From Octopus vulgaris (lineage: Eukaryota): 64,000 nt of DNA. The translations under genes and the position numbers were made by a program. Shown piece after piece: positions 1-11,753 of the stretch. How positions within the stretch are numbered: position 1 is the first letter of the stretch; each line of letters begins with the position of its first letter. The notes below the pieces were generated by a model, which was not told the origin of the DNA, ran no database searches, and saw nothing but the letters and a program-made list of their open reading frames with translations. The stretch is from positions 7,502,001 to 7,566,000 of the forward strand of contig OX597830.1 of NCBI GenBank assembly GCA_951406725.2, read 5' to 3'.

Positions 1-196
1 GCACAAAAAAACACAACAACGCGAGGACGTGGAACAAATATAGTATCATTGGACGCTCAGGAAAGAAGGAAAGAAGGAGGGTTTAACGTTTCGAGCGGAG
101 CTCTTTCGTCGGAAACATAGGAGAAGGAAAGATCCAGAGAAGGAAAGACAGAGGGAAAAAAATCGCCAATGGTACACACGAGGTAACATTTTGAAA
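1..196 (-). mobile_element. Penelope-like 3' terminal repeat fragment (family P1) with minimal hammerhead-like motif; truncated by window start
   Basis: Homologous to 8891-9085 and 40520-40685; minus strand reads GTTT-CCGACGA-AA-GAGC-TCC-GCTC-GAAA-CG-TT-AAAC at 81-116, then CCTGAGCGTC as in the other copies. Confidence 0.6.
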
Positions 197-335
197 GACC
201 TTTTAGGTGTAAGTGGTGGCGACACAAGTGGAAAAATGGAGGTAGAAGAAGAAAGGTAAAAAAGGACGAGGAAAAAGTACGAGATATATATGTATGTATG
301 TATGTATCTATGTATCTATGTATGGATGTATATAC

Positions 336-537
336 ACGAGGGTGTGCTGCAAATTTCCCGTGGATTTGGGTAAAAGAAATACAAGAGTATCAGTTAATTA
401 TGATTTCATTCAACATATTCCCCTCTCACTGCGGTGATCCTTCAGATTCTCTTAGTCTTGTAAAAGAGCTCAGAAGTTTGGTCCTCTAGCCAGGCCTTTC
501 GCGATGCCCTTAAAGCCAGGAACTTTTCAGCAGCCCC
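336..537. mobile_element. Degenerate mariner-derived MITE (~200 bp)
   Basis: Left end ACGAGGGTGTGCTGCAAATTTCCCGTGGATTT imperfectly matches the reverse complement of right end AAAGCCAGGAACTTTTCAGCAGCCCC; mariner-type CGAGGG terminus after TA-rich DNA. Confidence 0.5.
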
Positions 538-1255
538 ACCTCTCTCTCTATATATATATATATGTATGTATGTATATATATATACTTACATATGCATCTG
601 TGTTTGATTTTGTGTATGTCTGTCAATGTCTTCATCTATATCTAGCTCTTTCTCTCTCACTCTCTCTCTCCTCCTTCCTCTTCTACGTTTTATATATTTA
701 CAATTTTCTAACGAAGGGGAGAAAAAGAACCCATTACAGGAGGTAGAGTATTATTTTAAACGATAATCTACAATTTTTCAATGTTATTTAACAAAAAATT
801 GTCAGATTGGGAAACGAAACTTTCCGAAATTCCGAGTAGCGAACAAAGCATAAAAGCAATCGATATGATCTTGTGTTCGAAAGGAACCTGATCTATAATC
901 TTTTATAGCTTTTAAATATTTAATTTGCTCATGAATCTTTTAATGTTTTTCACTGTTTACTGTAGCTAGTTTATGTTTTGACATGCCAGTGTCCCCCAAT
1001 CCTTTCTCGTTACTGTGACAGATGAGATGGAAGAGGCTGCGAACGCGCTGTTTTCTGATTGGCTGAATATTTTGAAAATTATCACAATATGAACACCTGT
1101 AACATTTTCTCAAAAATTTTCTCAAAAATTTCTCAAAACTTTTCTGGAATAAATGAATAACAATTTCGGATTCAGCGTCAAAAATTAAATCTATATGATA
1201 CGTTAAAAGTTTTTTTTAATAATTTTGGCTTGCATTGGCGATCACCACATCCGGT

Positions 1256-1640
1256 CGGCGAGCTAGCAGAAACGTTAGCACGCCAGGCGAAATGCGTAGC
1301 CGTATTTCGTCTGCCGCTACGAGTTCAAATTCTGCCGAGGTCGACTTTGCCTTTCATCCTTTCGGAGTCGATTAAATAAGTACCAGTTACGCACTGGGGT
1401 CGATACAATCGACTTAATTCATCTGTCTGCCTTTATTTGTCTCCTCTGTGTTTAGCACCTTGTGAGTAGTAAAGAAATAGGTATTTGCGTTCTGAGTTCG
1501 AATCCTTCTCAGGTTGACTTTATTTAACTTCATTTCGAAATCAATCAAATAAGTACCAGTTGAGTACTGGGGTTAGATGTAATCGACTTGCCACCCCCGC
1601 CACCGAAATTGCTGGCCATATTCCAACATTTGAAATCAAT
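1256..1640 (+). mobile_element. tRNA-derived SINE family B (Meta/Sauria-core-like), dimeric
   Basis: Head GGCGAGCTAGCAGAAACGTTAGCAC, B-box GAGTTCAAATTC, core GTCGACTTTGCCTTTCATCCTTTCGGAGTCGATTAAATAAGTACCAG; second unit starts after AAAGAAATA|GGTATTT. Confidence 0.8.
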
Positions 1641-2424
1641 ATTTTTATGGAGAACTACTCTGTCTCTCGCTTATACTACATTCCGAGTCCCCTGGAAAGC
1701 TAATGCATCCTATTAAGGAGAATATGTGGGGCTCAAAAATGCGATATATGAAACTGTGCCGTGAGAAATGTTTGTTTTCGAAAGTTTGCAAGACTTTAAT
1801 CTAGAAACAAGTATATTTAAGCAAAAGGTGTCAGAGCTTAAAAACTGAACAGTGTTTCTCTCTTATCTATTACACCTTCTTCCTTTCTTTCTTTCTTTCA
1901 TATTTTCTTTCTCTCTACCTGTCGCTCCCCCTCTCTCTCTCTCTCACTCTCTCATACTCACTCTTTTACTTTGCTTCCACGTCTTCAGGTGTGCGTCAGT
2001 ATAGATCTCCGCGCCAAAGAGTAAAGGTATTTGACCTTTCTTGGAACACATGCAACGGTGGTGTGTCTTTGAATTTGCCGATGGCTTCACAGTTTAAGTT
2101 TGTATTCTTCCCAACACACACACACACGCACAAATATTCACATAAAGAGACACTCACATATATGGATGTGTGAGTATGTATGTATACATATATATTTATA
2201 TATATGTATATGTATATATATATAAATGTATATATAAATATATGTGTGTATCAGGGTGTCTATTTGCATGTATGTGTATGTCTTTGTGCCAGTGCTTGAC
2301 TCACTACAGTTTGACAACTGGTGTTGGTCAGCTTACGTCCTCTTAACTTAGCGGTTCGGGAGAAGGATCCCAATAGAATAACTACTAGGCTTACAATAAT
2401 ATGTGTGTGTGTGTGTGTGTATTC

Positions 2425-2588
2425 ACGACGGGCTTCTTTCAGTTTCTGTCTATCAAATCCACTCGCAAGGCTTTGGTCGTTCCGAGGTTATAGTAGAAGA
2501 CACCTGACCAAGGTGCCATGCAGTGGTACTGAACCCAGAACCATGTGGTTGGGAAGCAAGCTTCTTGCCACATAGCCACGCTTGCGCC
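2425..2588 (-). mobile_element. SINE family A (CORE-type, CR1-tailed), 5' half; a 3'-half fragment lies on + at ~2290-2400
   Basis: Reverse complement gives GGCTATGTGGCAAGAAGCTTGCTTCCCAACCACATGGTTCTGGGTTCAGTACCACTG...CACCTTGGTCAGGTGTCTTCTACTATA. Confidence 0.8.
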
Positions 2589-2662
2589 ATATATATATTT
2601 ATGAGAGTGTGTGCACATACACACATACACACACACGCACACACACACACATATATATATAT

Positions 2663-3313
2663 ATATAAATACAGTGTACATTTAACTGTTCTCTCTAGCG
2701 TGCAAGGAATCCGATAATGGATGCCTCTTATGTGTTTAAATGTACACTGTATTTATATGAATAAAATATAGTCTATTGACTAAATTTTTACACGCTAGGC
2801 CACTGGTAACGGAAATTTCTAATATTTCTGATTACCCTTTGCTATTATTAATTATTGATAATATTTTTCTGGATAATTTTCGAATTGAAAAACCGGCATT
2901 TTTTAATAACTGCCGACAAGGAGCTGCGCTTGCGCGGTAGATTTGAAAAATTAGAATGTATAAGCACGGGGCATATAATATGTACACGATTGCCTCGTGT
3001 AGATATATTTAATCTAAGGTGTTCCCGCTGAAGAAGATTCTCCTAGCAAATTATTTTATTTGCTAAAAAAGTCTGAAACCATTGGTCCAGGAGTTAGATG
3101 GTAAATGTTTTTATTTTTCATTCCTTTCGAAACTTTATCTCTAATAGTGGTTTGGAATTTAACTGCTCTCTCTAGCGTGCAAGGAGTGCTATGATGGATG
3201 CCTCTTATGTGTTTAAATGTACACTGCATTTATATGAATAATATATAGAATAATATATAGTCTATTGACTAAATTTTTACACGCCAGGTAATGGAAAATT
3301 CTAATATTTCTGA
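2663..3313 (+). mobile_element. Retrozyme/Penelope-pLTR-like non-coding element: ~150-bp direct repeats around a type I hammerhead, with a short inverted 5' segment
   Basis: Direct repeats 2680-2831 and 3157-3313 (period ~477); 2663-2685 is the reverse complement of 2736-2758; TA/GA microsatellites on both sides; hammerhead at 3012-3099. Confidence 0.75.
3012..3099 (+). ncRNA. Type I hammerhead ribozyme (predicted cleavage after GUC, C3087)
   Basis: Stem I ATCTAA/TTAGAT plus TTCCCG/CAGGAG with GGTG bulge; core CTGAAGA 3028-3034; stem II AGATT/AGTCT extended by TAGCAAAT/ATTTGCTA; GAAA 3075-3078; stem III ACC-ATT-GGT; C17. Confidence 0.8.
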
Positions 3314-3325
3314 ATACTCATATAG

Positions 3326-3374
<49 letters not shown>

Positions 3375-3480
3375 CATACATAAATACATGCATACATACA
3401 TATATACGTTTGTATGTATGTGTATAGACATATGCATATCGGTGTGTGTGAGCGCGTGTGTGTGTGTGTGTGTGTGTGTG

Positions 3481-3546
<66 letters not shown>

Positions 3547-3940
3547 TGTGAATATGAAAACATACGTAGCTATTTGTGAGTGTCTCGCTCTCATTTGAAA
3601 AGACCGGAGGCAGCCGATGATGGAAATGTTCAAAAACCAACGTTCGGTCCTGTCACATAATAAAGCAAGACATACATACGATATACTAATTGGTTGCAGC
3701 ATGGAATGATGGGAAGAGGAGGGGAGGCTACTCCTGTCAAAATATGATGGAAAATACGACAGACATGCAATACATACAGAAGCACACACACAGAAACACA
3801 CACAGACACACACACAGACACACACACAGACACACACACAAGTACGCACGTACGCACGTTTGTTCGGATGCATACAAACATTTACTCATATACGTGTGTA
3901 TGTGTATGTATGTATATATGCAAGTATATATGTAAGTATG

Positions 3941-3971
<31 letters not shown>

Positions 3972-4029
3972 TTACGTATGTATATATGTGTGTAACTATA
4001 TACATACATATGTATATATTTACGTAGGT

Positions 4030-4298
4030 ACTGCGTGACACCTTGGGCAAGTTATTTTGCTTTGCCCTCGAATCAAAGCTTTCTAAGTGGATTTGGCAGA
4101 CGAAACTTAAATAACCGGTGATAAACAGTGTTAGTGTGTTTATGTTCTTGTAACTTAACGGTTCGGTTTAAGAGAGCGAGAGAATAAGGATCAGGCTTTA
4201 AAATGAATAAGTACTGGGTCAATTCCTTCCACAAACAATTCTTCAAATCGGTGCCCCAGCATGACCGCACTCAGATAAATGAGTGAAACAAGTAAAAG
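4030..4298 (+). mobile_element. Degenerate SINE family A
   Basis: CACCTTGGGCAAGT core, GTGGATTTGGCAGACGAAACT, tail CGGTGCCCCAGCATGACCGCA...GTGAAACAAGTAAAAG. Confidence 0.7.
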
Positions 4299-4414
4299 TC
4301 TTATGTATGTTTCAATATTCAGTTTTATTTCAAGTTTTCTTGCCAATAGAGAAAGAACCGGTTTCTAACCTAGATTCAAGGCTCTTTCAGTGGAATTTAA
4401 ATAAGGTATTAGAG

Positions 4415-4572
4415 GCACTTCGTCGATCCTTACGTTCTGAGATCAAATTCCATCGTAGTTCACGTTGCCTTTCATCAATGAAATAAGTACCAGTTGAACA
4501 CTGGGGTAGATGAAATCGACTAGCTCCTCCTCAAGAATCTTAGACCTTGGGCCTTTAGTGGAAAGGATTATT
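4415..4572 (+). mobile_element. Degenerate SINE family B fragment
   Basis: TTACGTTCTGAGATCAAATTCC...GCCTTTCATC...AAATAAGTACCAGTTGAACACTGGGGTAGATG. Confidence 0.65.
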
Positions 4573-4649
4573 TGTGAATATGAATGATATAATTCAGGAA
4601 CAGGAAACCAAACACCGAAAATTAAACGTCTGTTAAATGTTTATTGTAA

Positions 4650-4860
4650 TATTTACGATTCTAGAAACATTTATACGATTCAAATATTCTCAGGTTGACT
4701 GTGGTTTTGTTAGAATGTCTGCTGAACGCATGATAACACGTTCTTTGTAGTTCCGAGACTTTCGGATTTCCTGCTATTTCGTTCCAATTCTTCCGAGTGC
4801 AATTCCGTATTATTCTCAAGCGCCGATGATCGCCCGTACAGTTGTCCTTCGGAGTCACTT
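4650..4860 (-). pseudogene. Degenerate R4/Dong-like non-LTR retrotransposon C-terminal fragment
   Basis: Minus-strand frames give VIIGA..IIRNCTRKNWNEIAGNPKVSELQ..VIMRSADIL, resembling the IGALG..LQK..L.TA.IL C-terminus seen at 19376-19519 and 61130-61336. Confidence 0.5.
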
Positions 4861-5022
4861 TTTTAAGACATCTATTTCGAGATTTTTGAACAAATTTGTT
4901 ATTAACATTACTCATGGATTTTTAAGTTCTTAGTTAAAATTCCACCGAGGTCAACTCCTCGTTTTCATCTTTTCGGATTAATTAGCAATTCAGCACTGGC
5001 GTTGATGTGATCGATATAAAGG

Positions 5023-5067
<45 letters not shown>

Positions 5068-5071
5068 ATTA

Positions 5072-5352
5072 TTGAGTAAGAGAGCAGTTCATGCCATCAA
5101 AGTGATACTGGGGTAAAATATACGAAGCCCAATATACCCATCATGACTACCCGTCTGATAAGGGTACACCAGGCACATGCATCACAACCATACGTGCACG
5201 ACATGGTGATCTCTTATCAAGATAAACAGCACATAACCTTGCACGTGGGGCCCAGTTAGAATTTTCTTCAGGTTGAGTAGCCCATCCCGCTCAAAAGGTC
5301 CCTGAATAAGGGTTGTTTAAGGATGTTGAAAGAACCACCCATGTTTCCAGAG
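5072..5352 (-). mobile_element. Unclassified ~280-bp element embedded in (TAT)n, probably a non-LTR 3' UTR
   Basis: Complex-sequence block flanked on both sides by (ATT)n arrays; no ORF homology recognised; strand is a guess. Confidence 0.4.
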
Positions 5353-5362
5353 TTATTATTAC

Positions 5363-5413
<51 letters not shown>

Positions 5414-5790
5414 CATCATAATTATTGTTATTATTATTATTATCGTTTTTGTTCTTGTTGTAGGCAAAAGAAATCTACTGCGTTACCACTCGAAAAGGTA
5501 GAAATAGCCACTATACTCCCTGAAAATGTATACTGGTTTAGTCTTTGGCGCACATATATAAAGAATAGTGGCCACGGATGGAATGTCTGTCTCAGGTCTG
5601 CTCGATCAAGAGTGACCTGACGCTAAACAAAACCTACACTATGGTTTTAGAGATGTGTAAAAGGATTTTCAGGGATTCAAACGTTGAAGAGGTACACTAA
5701 TCACGTGACTTGCATGGCATCTTACCATTTGTCTGTCCAAAGTATTTTTACAGGTTTCTTCTAAACACCTATACTTGCTTTCAGTCAGTT

Positions 5791-6060
5791 ACTCTTTTAC
5801 TTGTTTCAGTCATTTGACTGCAGCCATGCTGGAGCACCGCCTTTAGTCGAGCAAATCGACCCCAGGACTTATTCTTTGTAAGCCTTGTACTTATTCTATC
5901 GGTCTCTTTTGCCGAACCGCTAAGTTACGAGGATGTAAACACACCAGCATCGGTTGTCGAGCGATGTTGGGGGAACAAACATACACACTTACACACATAC
6001 ACACACATATATATATATATATATACGACGGGCTTCTTTCAGTTTCCGTTAACGAAATCC
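5791..6060 (-). mobile_element. SINE family A, 3' portion
   Basis: ACTCTTTTACTTGTTTCAGTCATTTGACTGCAGCCATGCTGGAGCACCGCC tail, internal (CA)n/(TA)n, ACGACGGGCTTCTTTCAGTTTCCG. Confidence 0.85.
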
Positions 6061-6268
6061 AGCTGCAGCACGGATTTTTGTCAGTGAACAGGTCGCGTTC
6101 TTATAGCGACGAAAATATTTTGACAAATTAAACTTAAATGTTGAAGTGAATCGAACGGCTTTTGTGTGTTTCTTAAATGGCTTACAAACACCTTCCACGC
6201 TGCAATTGTTTTCGTTCAAGTACACGATCTCAGATCAAATCACTTGCTATGGAAGTACATCTCCGTAA
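6061..6268 (+). mobile_element. Penelope-like 3' terminal fragment (family P2) ending at (TA)n
   Basis: Hammerhead-like fold at 6077-6127, ~140 bp upstream of a (TA)n junction, the same layout as family P1; replaces the 5' half of the adjacent SINE. Confidence 0.55.
6077..6127 (+). ncRNA. Variant minimal type I hammerhead ribozyme with G3-C8 swapped core
   Basis: TTTGTCA-GTGAACA-G-GTCGC-(9 nt)-GCGAC-GAAA-ATAT-T-T-TGACAAA: 7-bp stem I, 5-bp stem II, palindromic stem III AATATT, GUGAACA instead of CUGANGA. Confidence 0.65.
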
Positions 6269-6327
6269 TATATATATATATATATATATATACAACAAAG
6301 TGGAGTTGTAGGGTACCGCACGACTGG

Positions 6328-6456
<129 letters not shown>

Positions 6457-7095
6457 TGTGTGTATATGTATGTGTGGATGTATATATAATAAACAAGCAA
6501 GTGACATCGGCACGAAGTTTATAATGAATTACAAATAAATGTTGTAAATGTGAAAAGACAGAAATATGACGTGTCATATATGTTGGGGATTTTGATAACG
6601 GTGTTGGTGATGGCGGAGGCTGTGGTGATGGCGATGGTGATGGTGATGAGGATGATGATGTTTGATAGCAATGGCGGATGAGGTGATGGTGGTGACAGCA
6701 GCGTTGAATTTTGTTATTTTATCTGCTTCAAATTGCTACAAATGAATCTTAAAAAGACAGGTTATCAGAAATACACACACAGACATATATGTGTGAGTGT
6801 GTATGTGTATGCATGTATACGCACATATATAGATATATGAAGCTATATGCATATACACGCAAACATGCATACGTACAATATATTCATATGTTTCACAACG
6901 TGTCCTTTTTTTTTTTCTGTTGATTCCTTTCTAATAACTTTCGTTAAAACTGAATTAAAACGTCAGAAGATTTGGCGTAACAAAACATGAAAACAAATTG
7001 AGAAATAAAGAAAAATAAAGAATGACAACAGTACACAAAGTAAAATAAAATATAAAAATAAATAAATAGATTGAGAGATAGACAAATAAATAAAT

Positions 7096-7144
<49 letters not shown>

Positions 7145-7336
7145 ATAGATATATATATGGATATAGATAAGTAAATAGGCATATAGACAGTTAAAGAAAC
7201 AGATAGATCGGAAGATATATATACACACACACGCATATATACGAACATATATATATATATGGAGGTGTAGAGATATATATGTATATATATATACACACAC
7301 ATATATATATACACTCACATGCATATATACATATAT

Positions 7337-7403
<67 letters not shown>

Positions 7404-7487
7404 TATATACATATATATGTATGTGTGTGGGTGTATGTATATTGAAATATAGGTTGATAGATTCATAGCTAGAAAGATAGATACATG

Positions 7488-7538
<51 letters not shown>

Positions 7539-7539
7539 G

Positions 7540-7605
<66 letters not shown>

Positions 7606-7859
7606 GAATTAGATGAAGTGTCATCGCACCAAAAATACGTTTCATTGCTTGTCAACATGTATTAAGATCAGTTCTGACAGGTGCTTCTCAAATATAGTTT
7701 CTCCTTTAAACGTATTCCGACATAGAAATCTCGCTTTAATCAAAGATTTTTGACATCAACAGAAAAGATTTTGCTTTTATTTTGCGTGTGCGAACTAAAT
7801 CAATCTACCGTGACAATATGTATGCATGCATGCGTGTAAGTATATATGGTTGTGTGTAT

Positions 7860-7906
<47 letters not shown>

Positions 7907-8269
7907 CTATCAGCATCTATCCAGCGTGTATCAATCTATGGATGGATATATGCTTGTGTCTGTGTGCGTATATATATATATATATATATATACATATACG
8001 GCCGTGTATGCGTATATATATATATATATATATATATGCATATACATATATGAGCATGTATACATACATGTATACATATGTCCCTGTATTTTTTTTCTCT
8101 TCCAATCCTTGGCACGCCCTCTTTCTTCTCCCCTCCTTAATTCCTTGTTCCTCTTTTTCTCTCTCTTCTCCCCACTCCTTAATACCTTTGTTCCTTTTTT
8201 TCTCTCTTCTCCCCCTCTTTAATTCCTTTGTTTTTTAATTCCTTGTTTTCTCTCTTTTCTCTTCTCACG

Positions 8270-8702
8270 TGACTGCTGGCCAACTATAGCCCTTTCGCTT
8301 CGGACCAGCGCCACGATAACACAGCTTTCTTCCTCTGCCGTAAGGCATTATTTTTCAAATACGCCAGTCGAAAGACGCCTGTTGTTATGTCCTGTTATTA
8401 TCATTATTGTTTTTTGTATTTATATTCGTATTATATTTTGTTTTTTTTGTATTTATATTCGTGTAACATCGTCCGTTTTTCTGTCCTTGTTTCGTATATA
8501 TTCGATCCTTTTTCCAAGATGTCTAATGCTCTTAGCTTAGTTTTTCCTTGGGGCTGGCCAGATTGGAGAAATCTCAAGATTAATCAGCCGAAATTGCGAG
8601 GATGATCCGGTTCTTGACTGAAGATTAGAGGCTTCGAATGACTCGTCTGTGTTTTTTGTATTGTCTATCTCGATGTTTTTCGTTCTTGTCCCATTTTGAA
8701 TT
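8270..8702 (+). mobile_element. Unclassified repeat (family P3, possibly a PLE terminus) ending at (TA)n; second copy at ~34080-34310
   Basis: CTTAGCTTAGTTTTTCCTTGGGGCTGRCCAGATTGGAG...CAGCCGAAATTGC...CGTTCTTGTCCCATTTT shared by both copies. Confidence 0.55.
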
Positions 8703-8849
8703 TATATATATATATATTCTTTTTTTATTCTTTTTATTTGTTTCGATCATTTGACTGCCGTCATACTGGAGCACCGCCTTTAGTGGAGCAAATCGACCCC
8801 AGAACTATTCTTTGTAAGCCAAGCTACTTACCACAGAACCACTCCTGCG

Positions 8850-8890
<41 letters not shown>

Positions 8891-8893
<3 letters not shown>

Positions 8894-9085
8894 ATACAAA
8901 CAAGAAAACACAGAAAAAAAAAGAAAAAAAGAGAAAAAACACAGCAACGCAGGACGAGGAACAATTAAAGTATTATTGACGCTCAGGAAAGAAGGGAAGG
9001 AAGGTTTAACGTTTCGAGCAGAGCTCTTCGTCGGAAACAAAGAGAAGGAAAGATCCCAAGGAGGGAAGACAGAGGAGAAAATATT
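8891..9085 (-). mobile_element. Penelope-like 3' terminal repeat fragment (family P1) with minimal hammerhead-like motif at 9004-9038
   Basis: Minus strand GTTT-CCGACGA-A-GAGC-TCT-GCTC-GAAA-CG-TT-AAAC; 3' end abuts (TA)n at ~8853-8890. Confidence 0.65.
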
Positions 9086-9606
9086 TGAGCTGGTGGTGCT
9101 CAAGAGATCACATGTTGAAAGAACAGAAGTTGAAGGTAGTCGAAACGTGCATGAACGTAAACTACATCAGATAGTGTTGGAGACTAGGATGACCATCAAG
9201 TCCTTCGAACCATATAGTTCCAGTCTGTTTCGGCAAGGTCTCCTTAAGAATCCAGTTTACTGCTCCCTGACTATAACAAATTGATTAATCGAGCTGAAAA
9301 TTTTAATGCTCTGAGGTTTTGATATTCTTGTCAGCAAAGCATCTTGCATAAGTGTACTTAGTGAAACGTTAGCTTCTGTTGTTTTCCTCCGTGGTGGCCA
9401 CCTAAGGAAATCAATTTTAATTTCATAAATATACATTTATTTCGAAAATGTATACGAAGTACACACCTTTAGTAACTAATCAAGCAATCGACAAACAGGT
9501 TTGGTCAGTGGTCATCCATCCCCTGTACACACAGGGTCAAGCATTCTCTGAATTGGCCACATTCGGTTGAGTAAATGAGAATGTTCGAAGATAAAGGTAG
9601 ATACGT

Positions 9607-9810
9607 TCTTTTCTACTCTAGGCACAAGGCCCGAAATTTTGTGGAAGGGGCCCAGTCGATTAGATCGACTCCAATACGTAACCAGTACTTAATTTTTCAC
9701 CCCCAAAAGGAGGAAAGGCATAGTCGATCGCGGCGGAATTTGAATTCAGAACTTAGCGACAGACGAAATACCGCTAAGCAATTCGCCCGGTGTGCTAACG
9801 TTTCGCCGCC
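9607..9810 (-). mobile_element. SINE family B monomer with the alternative tail (GTGCCTAGAGTAGAAAAG)
   Basis: Reverse complement matches family B head, core and the non-Tx1 tail. Confidence 0.75.
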
Positions 9811-10000
9811 TTATGGAGATAGATGTGTTGGAGTGGCTGCGAAGGACTCGGTATAACAAATCAATTGTGCAAACTTTGGCTCAACAATGGCGCAAATGCT
9901 CCGCTTGTACGGGAGACTATGTTGAGTAGGAACTTTATATAAAGGGACAGCTACGTGTGCAATTTCTGTGATCTCTATTTGTTACTGAAAAGATGTTATT

Positions 10001-10373
10001 TTACTCTGTTGCTTCAGTCATTTAACTGTGGCCATGCTGGAGCACCGCCTTTAGTTGAGCAAATCGACACCAGAACTTATTCTTTGTAACCCTGGTACTT
10101 ATTCTATCGGTCTCTTTGCCGAACCGCTAAGTTACGGGGACGTAAACACACCAGCATCGCTTGTCAAGCAATGTTGTGGGACAAGCACACAAACACACAC
10201 ACACATAGATATACGACGGGCTTCTTTAAGTTTCCGTCTACCAAATCCACTCACAAGGCTTTAGTCAGCCCGAGGCTATAGTAGAAGACACTTGCCCAAG
10301 GTGCTACGCAGTGGGACTGAACCCGGAGCTATGTGGTTGGTAAGCAAGCTACTTACCACACAGCCACGCCTAC
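10001..10373 (-). mobile_element. SINE family A, full length
   Basis: tRNA-like head, CORE-like CACCTTGGGCAAGTGTCTTCTACTATAGCCTCGGG, central (CA)n, tail GGCGGTGCTCCAGCATGGCCACAG. Confidence 0.85.
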
Positions 10374-11425
10374 CCTTGTCGTAAATTCGAACTCTATTAA
10401 TTTTTTAATTCCGGGTGTAGTTTTGTCGAAAATAAGTAGATATAAAAATATGAAATCTAAGATTAACAGAAATAAACCCGATGTTTTAATATCTGTTGTG
10501 ATATCTTTAGCTTTCTCGTTGAAGCATTAAAAGCAGGGCTTGAGGAGTTCCAGGAGAATGTTAAAGCTGAAAGTATGGTGATCCCGTGGAAGACAGAGAG
10601 AGAAGATATTCGACGGCCGGATCTTAGTAACTGGTTCGAGAAACACTGACCCAGCAACGTACGAAGTGAAATGCAGTACAAGAAGACGTATATGTCCGTG
10701 ATTAGCGACATCTATAATCAGTAGACGTGAAGAAGTAGAATAACTTTAAGATCCCACGGAAATATTTTAGTAAGTAATATTCACTGAATTTTGTTCAAAT
10801 GTCCAACAAAATTTCCGTGCGTACAGCACTAAAGTGTTCTACTTATAAATGCAGAAATAGATAGATATAAACACTTGAGTGTTACTAAGGGGACAAAAGT
10901 AAGCAATATAGAAGCTGAGACATTCCAATTTTTCATATTATATAATGACTGCTTCTGATGGTATATAAACATGCCGATTGTATGGTTGTGACATGCAATT
11001 TTTATGTTCCATTTTGCATAATCGTCTGGATATTGCAAACGAGAGACGTTGTGTTATTTCAATCATGAATTATCTATTCAACTTACAGTATATTCGAGTT
11101 TTTAAGAGAAGCAAGGTCGCAGCGGTTTAAAAATCACTTGGTAAACATTCATATATGATATCCCATACGAACTTGGTAATTTTTATTAAAATGTATGCAT
11201 AATTATCTTTATTTGAAGACATCCATGAAAGGTCTGAATAATTGAAGGGTAGTAGGCATAATTCAGAATGCTTCCTTGCTAACAATAAGTCGCAAAGCAG
11301 ATGGCGTCAGGAATATTCTAAAATTTTATATTCCACATTTCGGCGATATTTGGGCCGCATTTTTAGACTTTTCTACATAATGTAATTATTTATTTATTTA
11401 TTTTCGATTTTGATATTCGTGCGCC

Positions 11426-11740
11426 GCAGGTGTAGTTGTGCGGTAAGAAATTTGCTTCTCAACCACATGGTTCAGGGTTCAGTCCCACTGCGTGGCACCT
11501 TGGGCGAGTGTCTTCTACTATAGCCTCGGGCCGACCAAAGCATTGTGAATGGATTTGGTAGACAGACACTAAAAAAGCCTTTCACATGTGTGTGTGTTTG
11601 TGCGTGTGTGTGTGCGTGTGTGTGTGTGTGTGTGTGCGCGTGTGCGTGTACATCTAAGAACCGATACTGGGGTATTTACGTCCCCGTAAACTAACGGTTC
11701 GGCAAAAGAGACTGAAACAATTAAACGATAAATTTAAAAG
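11426..11740 (+). mobile_element. SINE family A, 3' part interrupted by the mariner
   Basis: GGTTCAGGGTTCAGTCCCACTGCGTGGCACCTTGGGCGAGTGTCTTCTACTATAGCC, (TG)n, TTTACGTCCCCGTAAACTAACGGTTCGGCAAAAGAGAC. Confidence 0.8.
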
Positions 11741-11753
11741 GTCGTTGTTTATA

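Noticed and set aside
1975-2040. Possible micro-exon (TCTTCAG|GTGTGC...GTAAAG|GTATTT)
   Set aside because: Splice-like dinucleotides alone are not evidence; no partner exons or recognisable peptide
8617-8647. CTGAAGA/CTGAGGA motif conserved in family P3 (also ~34207)
   Set aside because: Followed by GAAT rather than GAAA, and the putative core is itself paired in a hairpin; not a supportable hammerhead
10830-11350. Possible degenerate Helitron or other transposon coding remnant
   Set aside because: No motif could be aligned with confidence by eye
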